Below, piece by piece: positions 25,701-39,570 of a stretch of 64,000 bases of DNA. The DNA lies in assembly GCA_016748015.1 (NCBI GenBank), contig JAAOMT010000512.1, forward strand, positions 778,719 through 842,718. The letters run 5' to 3'. Under the pieces are notes generated by a model that saw nothing but the letters and a program-made list of their open reading frames with translations, had not been told where the DNA came from and did no database searches. Within the stretch, counting starts at the first letter, position 1, and every line of letters begins with the position of its first letter. This stretch comes from Geosiphon pyriformis uo1 (Eukaryota; Fungi; Glomeromycota). Made by a program: the position numbers and the translations under genes.

Positions 25701-27047
25701 TTTTAATAACAAAAAAATTTAATTTTATAATTAATATTAAAATTAATTTTTAAAAAAAACAAATTAATAATATTATTTAATAATAATATAATTTTATTTA
25801 TAAATAAAAATATTTTTAAAAATTTTAAAGTTTGTTTTTTTTGTTTAATTTAAAGTAATTTTAATTAATTTAAGTAATTAATTATATAATAATGTGTTAT
25901 ACAAAATAATTTTTGGTTAAAATATATTTTTAAATAGAACTTAACTTATTAAATTATTTGTTTTAAACAAAATATATATATATATTAAAATTAAAATCAA
26001 AAAATTTAAATTTAAAAACTTATATAATATTAATATTAAAAATTTTAAGTGTTTTTTTATAAATAAAATTAAATAATTATATTAATAAATATAATTTATT
26101 AATTTTAATATGTAATTAACTATTTAAATCTAAATTAATAAATACTTATCTATTTTTTAAATTTAAAATACTAAGTATTTTTATCTTATTAAAATAATTT
26201 ATAAATGTATTTTTTTTAATAATTATATGTATATATATTTTTATTATTTGGCAAATTTTATATATAATATATTTTTTACCAAAAAATATGACTCTTTGTC
26301 TTCTTAATTTTATAATCATGATCAGAGCAAAGAATAAAAAAGCTATATCTAATATTTTTTTAAAATATCTTATAAAATTTCAATTAGAAAAGTTTTTTCT
26401 GTTGTAAAAACAGCCAAACAAAATATTTTAAAAGCTTTTTTCTTAAATAGTTATAGTAAAAAGCTGTTTTTAGTAGTTTTTAAAGCATTTTTTTTATCTT
26501 TGATTGATTTTTTATCAGTTGAAATTCACTCTAAAAAACATTTTTAGATTAATTTTAATATTGTCTTTACTTTTATTAAAAGCCAAAAAGTTTTTAATAG
26601 TAAACTAATTAACAAATTGGTTTTTTTAACTATTATTATTATATTTGATATTACTAGTACCACTTTTTTAAAAATAGCCAAAAAAACCAAGAATTCTAAA
26701 AAGTAAAAACAATTATTTGTTTTTATTATTATTATAATAAATTTTTTGTGGTTTTAGATAAAATCTTAGATAAAATTTTTTTTATATTATCTAATATATT
26801 ATTTAAGATAAGCTAAAATTAATTACTGGCTATATTGCTAAATATAATGTCTTTTGATAAATTTTTACTGATTTTAAAAGCAAAACAATAGTCTTTTATT
26901 AAATTATCTGTTTTTAAAAACTGGACTGACCAAATAAAAACCAATTTTTTATTATTTTCTTTCATTTTAGTGTTGCTATTAATAGTACTTAAAAAATTAT
27001 TGTTAATTATTAAAGATTTATTTGGTAGATGTTCTCTATTTTAATGT

Positions 27048-27919
27048 TGTTACTCATAGAATATAAGAATCATAATAATATATATATTAGCCAATCAGAA
27101 GTAGACATAGTAAAATATGGAATTATAGGATTTTAGGAATTACAGGATTCTTATATGAGAAATTGCAGAATTCTAGGAATTCCAGGATTTCTGACAGAAA
27201 AAATTAAAAAATTGAGGAATCTTAAATATATATACATAGCAGTAACATTAGAAACAGAAAAAACAGATCTCTTAGTTTGGACTTCTTTTCTTATCTATTT
27301 CCTAATTATTTCAAGAATAGTTTATATTCATTGAAGTAAAATCATCAAATCATCAATAAAATACTTATCTATATTCAATTTATGTTGTTATTATTTGATT
27401 GAAAAATATTCATTAAACTCTAATTATTAATACTTTATGTTGATAGCTGCCAATACTTAACTACACTAGAACAATAGCACTTAATCATGACTATTGATGG
27501 AATACTAACTTAATTGTCTTGGCTTAATTTCTTTATTTTCTTTTATTTTTTTTATTTTCTTTTATTTGTTTCTTGTTGTTTACTAATTAATTAAAGATCA
27601 ATGCATGAAATTATCAACATTAAAGGGACTGGTAAAAAATCTGTAAAACAAGGATAGAACACTTACAGAATTAAGAATAGCTTAACAGAAGAATTATCAG
27701 CCACCATATTGAGAAAAAAATTCAATGAAATTGCAATTCTAGGAGACTATTAAAAACAACCATTAAATCTCTGTCTATTATACAAAAAACTCAACCAAAA
27801 CTTTTAGATCACAAAACTTTCAGATACAAAATCTTTAAAAACCAACATCATTAAATCAATTGAGCACCAAGTTATGGGTTTGTTATTTGCTTTGAAACCC
27901 CAAATAATTATCTGTAACA
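27048..27919. mobile_element. Solo LTR (family C)
   Basis: Termini TGTTAC...GTAACA; TSD ATGT (27044-27047/27920-27923); removing it restores homology to 19480-19540. Confidence 0.88.
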
Positions 27920-29414
27920 ATGTTTAGTGTTATTTTTAAGATTAAATTGGCTTATTTTAAGACTATTTTTCAGTTTTTACATGGTTTTTTAGATATAAAG
28001 TCAATTGTAAAAAACAATATAAAGCTTTTTTGTATAGAGTTTACTTCTCAATAGTTTTTAGAAGCTGTATTTTTGGTTAAGCTTAAAAGTTTTGTTTATA
28101 TGACTATTCTTAAAATTGCCAAATTTTTGGTAATTTCTGAGTTTAGCTTTTTTTTGCTGCTGTTATATTATATAATATGCTTTTGGGTATATTTGTTGCT
28201 GATATTAAAATAATACTTGGTGTGTTTAGAAAAATTATTTATGTTGTGCTAAAGTTTGCTAACATGTGACAATATGTAATTGTTTATTTTAAAAATTTAG
28301 ATATTATTGTATTTGTCTTAAATTATTGATCAGTTTTATTAAATAAAGATAGTATTAGGATTTTTTTTTGATAAATCAAAATAAAACTATTCTGTTTTGT
28401 AATAAGTTTAAGACCAAGTTGGTTAATTTTTTTTTGGCTGTACTGTCTATAAAATCAGTAATATAATTTTTCAAATTAGTAGTCAAATTTGTTTTATTTT
28501 TTACTTATTTAATTCTAATTATTATTTCTAATTTGTTTTGGTTATATTTAATTTATAGAGTAATTTGAATACTGTCATTATTAAAACTAATACTTAAAGA
28601 AGTATTGTATCTGATAAAAAACTTCTAAATACTAATACTATTTTAGATGCCAAGACTTAAATTATTTGGGTGTTAATTATAAAATGGCTTTATTTTTTCC
28701 TTCCAAAATTTTTAAAACTTTTGTGTCTTGTTTTATTAGTATTAAGTTTTATGTTAAAACTGCTATTTCTGTGTTTTTTTTAGTTTTTAGTTCTTTAGTA
28801 GTTCTGTTTTTTTTATTTATATGATGACTAATATTACTTTAGTTTTCTTTTAGTTAGTCTCTTTAAAATTTGATTTGGCCAAGTTTTTTGCTTTGATTAA
28901 GTTTATTATTAAGCCAATTGGTTTTTGGTTACTGTATTTAAGCAATTTATTAATAATAATTTGATTTTAAGTAATATATTTGGTTTTAAAATTAATAAAA
29001 ATTTGGTATATATGAATATTTTTAACAAAGCAGTTGGTAAATTAAAATAAAAGATAGTTGTTTTGAAAATTAAAAGTAATTATAAAGATATTGATATGTT
29101 TGGTTTTTATGTAGAATTGTTTATAGTTAATAATAATATGTTATTAACTTAATATTATTATGAAAACATAAATTTATTAATGTCAATATTAATGTTTTAA
29201 AAACAGCCAAATAACTAATTAGATTGATTAGTAATAGTACTATATTGTTTAAAATTATTCAAAAAATATTTTTTTTGAATAAGTTTTTTTAAAATATTAA
29301 CATAATATAATCTAAATTGGCTTAAATAACTGGTTACATATAAAAAATATGTAAACTGTATTTAGTCTTAATATATTTAGTTTGTGTCTAATATTTAAAT
29401 AATAATTAAACTAT

Positions 29415-30243
29415 TATTATAGATAATTATTTGAAATATTGGAATAAATAACAAATCTGTAACTTAGTGTTTAATATCTTATTATAATGTTGATTTTTAA
29501 AGATTATGGTTAAGTTTTTTGTATAATAAATAAAGATTTACTTAATAATAATTTTCTGAATTTTTTTCTTCAGTATAAAAGCCAGTTTAATTTAGTAATT
29601 ATGTCTTTTTAGTAAGCTATTTTTAAGTTTTTATTCTTGTTTTACAGATTTTTTATTAAATTATTTTTAACATTAATATCTCAATATTTAATTTTTTAAT
29701 TAATTAGTAAACAACAAAGAAACAAAATAAAAAAAATAATAAAAAATAATAAAAAATAAAAAATTAATATTTTATTAATAGTCATAATCAAGAGCTATTG
29801 TTTTAATATGGTTAAGTAATAAATTTTATCAGCATAAATCACTAATTAAGTTGAAAAATAGCAATATTAATCTAATATTGTAGATAATATAAATTGAATA
29901 ATACAATAATAATTTTATTTAATATTTAGATAATTTTATTTAATATTTAGATAATTTTATTTTAAGATATAGAAACCAACTTTTTTTAAAAAAAGTATTT
30001 AATTATTTGTCTGTTTTTACTTCCTTTTTTCTTATTTTTAATACTACTGCTATATATATATGATTTTTATTATACAAAATTTCTTAAAATTCTTTAATTC
30101 TTCAAGAAAAATTCTAAAATTCTGGAATTTTGAAATCCTGAAATTTCTTGAAAAAAATTCTGGAATTTTTCTTTTTTATTATGTTTATTTTTAATTGGCT
30201 GTTTTTATTTAATTATTATGACTTTTATTTTCTATAAATAATA
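29415..30243. mobile_element. Older solo LTR (family C), inverted relative to 27048-27919
   Basis: Reverse-complement homology to 27048-27919; termini eroded to TATTAT...ATAATA; TSD CTAT/TTAT; removing it restores homology to 2146-2200. Confidence 0.8.
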
Positions 30244-31407
30244 TTATAATTATTAAATACATAATAATAATAAAAAAACAATTTAATTTTTTAATGTTAA
30301 ATTCAAACTTAATTCAATTTTAAAATTTTTTAAATTTTATAATATTTTCTTAATTATTAAAAAAATTAAGTGTTAAAATATGTACAAAACAAAATTTTAT
30401 TTATATAAATCTGATTTAAAATAATAATTAATATTGTAATTTAAAATACTAATTAAATTTATTAAGTACAATTACTTTTGTATTTAATAATTATTGTTAA
30501 ATTTTAAATTTGGATTTTTTAAAAACAAAAAAGAAAGAAAGAAAGAAATAATATTTTAAATATATAAAACTTAATTTATGTATTAATTTCGAAATTTGTT
30601 GTAAATAATCTTTAAAAATTAAATTAATTAGCTTAAAAATAAAGATTTGATTAAAAAAGTTTAACAATTTTAACAACTTTTAATTTTATTGTTTTTAATT
30701 AATTAAATTATTTTGTTTTTTATTAAATGTAAATTACAAATATTTTTAAATTAAAATTATTTTATAACTTAAAAACAAGTTTTAATTATTTTAAATATAA
30801 ATATAAATACAAATACAAATACAAATTACAATTTGGTTTTAACAATAAAATTCTTAACACAAAAAATTTATAAGCAAATAAAATATATTAAATACAAAGT
30901 TCTTTAATTATTATATTTAGAAATTTTAATTTCGTAAATTAATGAAAAAGATTAAAATTGTTTTTTATTTCTTATTTTAAACAATTAAAAATTATTTTTT
31001 ATGAAAGTTTTTAATTATAATTTTTTTTATTGATTTTTTTGTTTTTAACACATTTTTATACATATTATTAAATAATCATAATTATTGATTGAGATTATAT
31101 TTACTTTGATTTGATTTAATTTAATCACTTTATTTTTAATACATTTGACTATAATGTAAAACTTTCAATAAAAACTTTTTTATTTTTTAAAGTATTGATT
31201 TTATAAAAATATAAGATTAAAACTTGTGTCTGTATAAATTTCTATTTTTAAAAACTGCAAGGTTTATTTATTTTATGCAAACTAAATTTTTAAAACTATT
31301 TTTGATTTTTAAAATAAGAATTTGTTAATTACGTAACACTATTTGGAGTAGAATTTATTACGCTATCAAATTTTACTTATTTTTCATTGTCTTTTATTTT
31401 AAATATA

Positions 31408-32555
31408 ATGCCAATTGCCAAAATAAGTCCTTCAGTTCTTTCCAGCGATTTTGCACAGCTCGGGGCGGAATGTGAACGTATGATTAAGGACGGTGCAGAC
31501 TGGTTGCATATGGGTACTGGTTGTTCTACACTCTGGAATCTTGTACCTTTCGCTAGAATGCAACCTTTCTTAACCTATGACTTCTTATAGACGTTATGGA
31601 CGGGTAACTGGAATTTGCTTTATACACGAAAGAAGCCCATAAAAAGTATTTCACAAAGACTGACCTGGTTCTTGAAATGGATACATACCCTGAAAATAGA
31701 CATTTTGTACCGAATATCACTATCGGGGCGCCAATTATTGAGTCTTTGCGCAAACATACTGACACGTTTTTGGGTATTTAAATAATTAATCTCGAATTTC
31801 ACGGGACACGATAAATGAATATTGTGACATTAGGCAAAAAATATTAATTTTCATTTTCAAAAAGACTGCCATTTAATGGTTGAAAATCCAGAGAAAGTAA
31901 TATTTATAATATTTTTGAGCGTTGAAGTTCCATGAACATGGCTTATCAACATTTCGCACTTGATATTAAATATAGTGGGTGACTGATTTTGCGAAAGCAG
32001 GTGCATCAATGTACACTTTTCATATCGAAGCAACAGGTAAAATGGATTTTCTAAATGATCAGATTTGAAAATTTTCATATAAATTTATTCTTTTGTATTA
32101 TTGTTAAGATAATCCTGTAGCGCTTATTAATGAAATTCACCAAGCTGGCATGAAAGCTGGGGTGGCCGTGAAGCCCAGAACCCCTATAGAGTCTGTATTT
32201 GATTTAGGAGATAAGATGGATATGTGCCTGGTAATGACCGTAGAACCAGGCTTTGGGGGTCAAAAATTTATGGCCGATTGCATGCCGAAGGTTCGTATAT
32301 CACATTTTTTCGCTTGTTTTACTTTAGTAAGCTTAAAGATAAATTTGTTCTGTTTAGGTAAAAGTTCTCCGTGAGAAATTTCCGAATCTCGATATAGAAG
32401 TTGATGGAGGCCTGGCATTGGAAAATATTGACCAAGCAGCAGACGCTGGAGCTAATGTTATTGTAGCTGGGACTTCGATTTTCAAAGCTGAAAATCCCAA
32501 GACAATAATATCAACCTTTCGGGAGAAAGTCAATACAGCGCAACTTAATAAGTAA
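31408..32555 (+). CDS. RPE1: Ribulose-phosphate 3-epimerase, 7 exons
   Basis: [57 protein letters not shown] and VAGTSIF motifs; includes a 13-nt exon (31591-31603). Confidence 0.95.
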
Positions 32556-33231
32556 TATTTATGGTTTTTTTACGAACATATATTTACTTTCACTTTTTCC
32601 CCCAGAAATACAGATTTCTTGGGGGTAAAATCGGTCAATCTTGCAGGTAGAACTTGTGAGCTAAAAACTTCTCAGTGAAAATGTATTTAATTGCTTACAA
32701 GCCTTGTTGATTTCTAAACTGGCTTATTTGTTAAATTCAATTAATTTTTGAGCATGCAATCAAAGTTGTATGGATATTACTTGATTCCGAAATCAAGTAG
32801 ATTGAGAAATTCGAAAAGTTTGGGTAATAAATTGGTGGAAATCAATCATTTGGTCCTATACCTTTATAAAAGAAAAATTCAATTTATTTTGTAAATAATA
32901 CCATATTCAAGCGCTTACAATTGCTTTATTTACAAGGCTTGAGGTTATCTAAACAGCTGTCTTGTCAAATTACCCAATTTTAAAAGTTACCTCTCAACTA
33001 CCGCTCAACTACGTCAAAAATGAGGCAAATTGATAAACTGCAAAGGTGTGATAATATTTATTAAAGAATTAAGAATCAGCGCCCAGTAATCAATTGTATT
33101 TCTCCTAGCAAGTATGGGAGATGATTAAGATACAAGATCCCTCCAGAAACTTCTCAATCATAGGCGAACCTCTAATTTGAGTTTTCTTTCAACACATTTC
33201 ATAAGTGCTTCACTTTTTAGAGTTATGATCC

Positions 33232-35961
33232 TTAACCAGAGTAACTGTTTCCGCCGTTTGGGCCATGAACACCGGGATGAGCTCCGACAACTGCATGGGG
33301 TGAAGTAGGACCTCCCATCCCAGGAGCACCTCCGGAAGCCGTAGCAGCTGCTTGGGCATTATAGTTGTACCCATAATATTGTCCATATGCATCATACCCC
33401 GCATTATTATAATACTCCCAGCCCGCTGTTGCGTGTTGTTGCTGACCAGCAACAACCGCTGCTGCCGCTCCATCGAGGGAAGCCAAAGACTGTGGTGGCG
33501 CAGACATCCCAGGTGGAAGATCATATCCAGCTTCAGCCCCTGGTGTAGCATAGTGATGGCCTTGACTACTATAATACGCTGTATAAGGAGCATAATTGTA
33601 GGTGCTAGGCATACCATAAGTGTGATAAGGAGTTGTCGTCTGTTGTTCTGGGGCCCTATCTTTTCCCCAGGAGCACTGCCATTATTTCATTTGTGTTAAA
33701 TGGGGAAGATTAAGCGAACAAAGTCCTCTTTAAAGCTCGAAAACACTTACCTTTATGACACGATTATTGATGCTTGTATTTTGTAGATTTACAATGGCGT
33801 GAGCAGCATTCTCGTGCGAATCGAGCCTTAAAAATTGAGAGTTAACAAATGAAGGTGATTCTAATAGTTCCAAGTGTGCATCACTCACTTCACGAAAGCA
33901 AATCCACGATCGGCTTGCATTCGAACTTCAATGATGTATCCATATTGTTGGAAATAAGGTATCAAATGTTCCTCTAAGTATTGATTTTCAAACCATTTAT
34001 TGTTTAGAATGATGATGTTTATTGTGATATAAATTTATTACTACTCAAAATGACGGAAAGTACTCACGCGTTGTATATGCGGGCAGATTGCCGACATATA
34101 CAGTACTATTGTACTGAGGAGTTTGTTGAACAACAATTTCATAAGAAAGTTGAGGTGCTTGAGGTGGGGTTCCTTTATAAAGATTAAGCAAAAATACCTT
34201 TATAGTTGAGGATTTTATCAATAATGAGCAATGAAAAATACCTTGTCTTTCTGATGTTGTGCTACCTGGACCAGGTTGCCCTTTTTGATTAGCCCAATTA
34301 CATCGAATGGCACGACTTCCAAGCCATTCTCCTAAAGATTGATAATGGAGATTAGATGACAATAGCCGGAATTTTGTCAAACTTTGACTATAAATATGTA
34401 ATTATTTACCGTTCATAGTTGCAATAGCTTGTTCTGCGTCCTATTATTATAATCATGAAAGTTGAAAATCATTTTCAGTCAGCGATATATAATCTTTTTT
34501 CATTGGGATTTTAAAAACAACATAATCCTTAAGAATACTACAAAACCATAAGAGTACTTACAGTTTTATCGCGGAAAGCCACAAAACCATATCCTCGAGA
34601 CTTTCCAGAATTAACATCCCACATTACCCGGGCATCTCTGTTTAAATGAAAAAAAACAGGTTGAAAGTTTTGATTGATTTATAGCCAAACTTTTACCGAT
34701 TTTTGACTTACGACATGCTCCCAAATGCACTGAAAGCCTTTGCTAGCACTTCATCGTTTACCTCTGGACTTAAATCGCCGACAAAAATATGATAATGATC
34801 TAAAAAATATTATTAAGTGAGCTTTGAATTTGCACCTAATGGAATTAGTTTTAATTAAAAATAGTTTTTACTTGATGTATCCTCCTTGTGCCCTTGTTGC
34901 CCTTGGAAAGCCCAGTTTACTTTGATTTCCTACAAGCCGAATTTTTTTTAGTGGATTGGGAATAATGAGGCTAATAAATATAAATGATAAAAACCATATC
35001 ATATATTCGCCTGCCATTCAAAGTTTGCAATGCTTGTTCCGCAGAGCGATGATCGTTAAATTCTACAAATCCATAATTCAAACCTCCATGTTGGTACTAT
35101 GGGAAAGTTATTTGGTTGGGTTGGAGATGAGAAATTGGTTAATAAATTGTGTTTATGAATGATATTTAAAAGTTTCGGAACATTTTAAGTTGTATAAGGG
35201 AATCAGCCTACGAGCCATACTCCATTATTGTCTTGGTCGGAAAGAAACGCCGTCTTATGTAATCAAGAACACAAATTATGTGGAACTGCCGAGAAATAAG
35301 ATTCCACATTTAATTTAATGCGGATGTAAAAAAACTAAAAAGGTATTGGCTAAAATGCAAAAAGGCTTGTGCTCAATTAATCGGGATGGTAAATAAAAAA
35401 CTAGACCAAAAAGCATAGATCGACATCTCAAAGAATGATCGTAGAAATTTAGAAAAGATAGAGAGAGATAAAGAGAGATAGAGAGAGATAGAGAGAGATA
35501 CTGAGGTGAAGATAAAGGAATTCCAACCTTTGAGCTGCGTCAATAAGTTTTATGGAGCGCAACTCGAGAGAGAGCATCCAGCAGCTTAAGAAGCCCACAA
35601 TAGCCATAGACGGATAGATAGGTTAAATCCCAGTTTTGAAGTCTCTCGTTTCTCAAAAAGTATGTTGGGCTTCGTTATTATTTCAAAGGAAAAAGAGTAG
35701 TTTTGCCAAATTCATAACGACGCGAAACTGACAAGTCCCACACAAAAGTCTTAGGAAAACCCCTTCCACACCTTAAAACTCCTCCTAATCGCCCTCTGGT
35801 GGGGCTTTACTATATAGGAAACTCACATTTTTGTCGGGAATTATTTTGGTGTTGTTCACAGAACCGGCGACTGCAAAGATCTCCAACAGCATACTATCGG
35901 TCACCCTTGGGTCAAGATTTCCGACATAGAGACTTTTACAACCTTCGTCGGTAGCACCCAT
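33232..35961 (-). CDS. PUB1: Pub1/TIA-1 family triple-RRM RNA-binding protein with Y/G/Q-rich C-terminus
   Basis: SLYVGNLDPRVTD, NYGFVEF, IFVGDLSPEVND, SRGYGFVAF, GEWLGSRAIRCNWANQK, TVYVGNL and CSWGKDR motifs; low-complexity tail. Confidence 0.9.
35457..35500. repeat. (GAGAGAGATA)n microsatellite in PUB1 intron 1
   Basis: About 4.5 copies of a 10-mer; a pyrimidine tract on the transcribed strand. Confidence 0.8.
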
Positions 35962-36731
35962 CGTTGAGAGGATCTGTTGCAGAAGATCAAAAAGTAAGGG
36001 TAATTGAAAGAAATTGAAGAGTTAAACGTATTCAAGAAAAATCTCGAAGGGTGGTCCGGGGAAGTGCGGGGTATGTAGGGTGGCTGAGCAAGTTTGGCGG
36101 GAAACCAAAAGATGAAAGTAAAAATTAGCTTTTTAGCCCGGGAAAAACGGGTTTCTGAACTTTCTTTTGATTGGTTCCACCAATTTACGCAAATTCTGGG
36201 TATGTCAACAAACAAAGCTTGTGTGTATCAGATTAGTAAAGATTTGCTATGTTGAAATAAAAAAAAGTAATTTTTAAGTTAAAGTTGTAATTTATTCTTT
36301 CAGCTTTTATGTCAATTTTTTATGTAAATATAATAATTAATTAAAAATTTTAAATATTTTGATAAAAAACCAAAATTTACATACTTTTTTTTTTTAAAAA
36401 AAATAATCGTTTGTTGAAATTTTATTATGTAAATATTATAAAACTGTTTTTTCAAATTTTTAATTAATAATTTATAACACAAATTTAATTTTATATTTAT
36501 TGTATTTTATTTAAAAATAACTATTCAATTAACTAAAATTATTTAATCAAATTTTAATTATTTAATTTTTTTTACACATTAATAATTAAAATAAAATTTT
36601 AAGATTTATGTAATTAAAATTATAAATTAATATAATTGTATTCAAAATATATGTACATAATATTTAGATGTATGTAAAATTAAAATAATTCAAACATTTT
36701 TTGTAAAAATTTGTAATATATTAAATAAATA

Positions 36732-39014
36732 CAATCAGACCTCTATAAAAGAACACAGTTGGGACATGCAAATTATGTTCCATTTTAGAAGTGTTTTATT
36801 ATAGAGTTTTATAATTATTATCAAATAAACTATATTTATTTATTAAATCAATCAATTATTATTATTATTATTATTATTATTAAAATATTGATTAATTGTT
36901 ACCTGTTTTTTAGAGTTTTCCTTCATTTTTTCGTTTTCATATATTTTTTTCTAAGTAAATTTTGGTTTTCTATACTAAAATTTTCTTTTGCTAATTGCTC
37001 TTCAAATCTAATTACCTTTTTTAATGCTTCATATGCTTCTGTAATTGTAATTAAAGCAGGTGGAGATTCTTCTAATTCTTCTTCCGAGTCATTAATTGTA
37101 TTGGTTTCAATTTGAGGATCGGCTAAAACCATATCTACAATTTCATTATTATCAAGAATATTTTCAGTTGCCAATAATTTATCAACTGCGACAGTATAAT
37201 CTTCGAGATTTTTGACCAATTGTTGTGCATTTGATGGTAAATTGTTGAATATATCCATAGCAATTGATGTTTCGGATTCTTGAATTTCTAATTCTTGATT
37301 ATAGAAAAGAATATCTGTTTTTTGCCAACAGTTTTGAATTATAACAGGTGTTACTTGAAACCATGATTGAACAACATAATTAATTGCTTGTTTTATGTTT
37401 AATTTATTTCTAAAAAATAAATTAATATTAGATAAAATTATATAATATATAATGATAATAATACTGTATATATTATATTACTTAACTGTTCAATATTAAT
37501 TTTTTGTTCAAATTGATGTAAAATATGTTGACAATATAAGTGCTTATATTTACCTTTGAAAGATTTGATAATGTCAGCATCCATTGGTTGAAGATGTGAT
37601 ATAGTATTTGGAGGAAAATAGTGCAAAGTAATATTGGTTAATTGGAATGAATCTTCTCCGATTTGAGTATGATAAGAAGTTGCATTATCAACCAAAAGTA
37701 ATATATGCCGATTTTGAATTCGAAAGCCTTCATTTATATATTTGAGCCATGCTTTCCATATATCTGAGCGCATCCATGCTTTGGAATTGAATTTGTAAAT
37801 TACAGATAGGTTGGAAGTATTAATTCCTTTAAAGCATCTTGGATTTTTTGCATGTTCAATTACTAAAGGTTGCAATTTGTGAGATCCAGTTGAATTTGTA
37901 GCAAGAAGAATCATAATCCGAGATTTATTCTATAAAAAACCCAATTAATTTAATATAACAATAATATATAATGATAACAATTGGTAAATATAATATACCA
38001 ATTTTTTTCTTGCATTTCGACATTTTCCAAGTGTTTGATATTGTCCCATACAAAAAAATAATCCTGTTTCATCAGCATTATATATGTCAGCAGGATCAAA
38101 TTCGGATATAATGGTTTTTAATTTTCTTCATTCTTCTGGTAAAATTTTAGTTGATACACTTCCTGCTTCACCATGAAATCGGTAAACACGTAACTGGTTT
38201 CGTTTTTTGAATTTTTGAATCCATCCATTTGAGAATTGCATTTCATTTTCATGCATACCAAGAAGTTTGGCAAATTTTTTTCCTTTCTCTTTAATTAGTT
38301 GATCATTGAATTTGATAGTGGCTGCCGTTACTTGTTCTACTCAATAACTTAAAGCTTGGTCTAATAATGGAAATTTAACGCTTTTGTGTTGAATAGATCT
38401 TTCTGAGATTTCATCAATTTCAATATTCAACCACTTTGCATGCTCTTTGATTATCTTGGGGACAGTTGGACGAGAAATATGAAGTTCTGGATATTTATGA
38501 TTGAAGTAAGCTACAATATCATCATGTTTCGTGCCATAGTAATTTTTGGAATATTGACAAATTTCTTTACAAAGAGCATCATTAACTGCTGCTCTTTTTT
38601 GTTTTTTGAATAAAGGTTCCGACATTGTGATAATTTAGCCTATAATTATAATATTAGATTTTGTTTTAGCAAGCCTGAATTGGAATACAATAGGGGCTAA
38701 GTGGCTGTACGTGAAAATAGACAAGATCAAAAAGAGTAAGTCCAATATAAATCGATTTAAAAGAAAGTTAGGATGAAATCAATTCAATACATTCTAACTC
38801 TTTTCCCAATTACCAATTAACATCTAGCACATGATATTTGTTCTTATATGAAGGTAAATTTCGAATAAACGTTTGATAAAATTATGTTCTTGTTCCTTTA
38901 TAGCTTGTTCTTATATAAAGGGAAAATTGTTAATTAATCAATTGGTTCTATAAAAAAATGTTCTTTGTAAGAGGTTGTTCTTTTATCGAGGGTTCTTTTA
39001 TGGAGGTCTGACTG
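36732..39014 (-). mobile_element. pogo/Tigger-like (Tc1-mariner superfamily) DNA transposon with pseudogenised transposase
   Basis: 23-bp TIRs (36732-36754/38992-39014, 2 transition mismatches) and TA TSDs. Transposase from ATG 38625: CENP-B-type HTH, YNADETGLF, LLLVDNA, HLQPMD; in-frame stops; introns at 37930-37998 and 37410-37481. Confidence 0.93.
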
Positions 39015-39570
39015 TATATTTATTAAAAATTCGATTTTAAATAAATAAAAAAACCACCAAAATATATAAGGATATTTAACAATAATTTAATATTTTTGTT
39101 TGAATACATGTATATAATTTAACTTTGTTAAAAATTAAATTAAGTAATTTAATAAATATATAAAATTTAAATATAATAATATTAAATCAATTAAAAAACT
39201 TTATTGCAATAACATTAATAGAAAATTAAATAAAGCTTAACATTATGCAAAAAAAAAAGACTTGCAATATTTAAAGATAACAAGTCAAATAAACCTATTT
39301 AATACATTTTATTTAAAAGTTATGAAGAGAAACTGTGACACTATTGTGGCTTTTCGGCCCTGCGCTATGACATATACTAATTATATTGGAAAATAATCAA
39401 AAGGAATATAAATAACTTCGCAGGCCCGCAATAAATTAAATCTTACTGAATTAGTCAAAGTCGTCATGAAAACTATAAATTTACAAATTTGTTACAGCTC
39501 TGAGCATTAAAATAGTAGCAAGCAATGCATGTATTATCATAATCCCTACTAGTTATTAGATATTCCTCGA

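Larger units (their letters stand above)
26270..30280 (+). mobile_element. Non-LTR (LINE ORF1-like) relic, copy 2, carrying two solo LTRs
   Basis: Inverted homolog of copy 1. Candidate ORF1 ATG at 26318 (MIRAKNKKA); knuckle remnant YFRCQDLNYLGVNY at ~28640-28680; A-rich end at ~30270. Confidence 0.7.

Noticed and set aside
33210-33699. Overlapping alternative ORFs in the last PUB1 exon
   Set aside because: Splicing places the Y/G/Q-rich frame (stop at 33232) in frame; the others are shadow ORFs.
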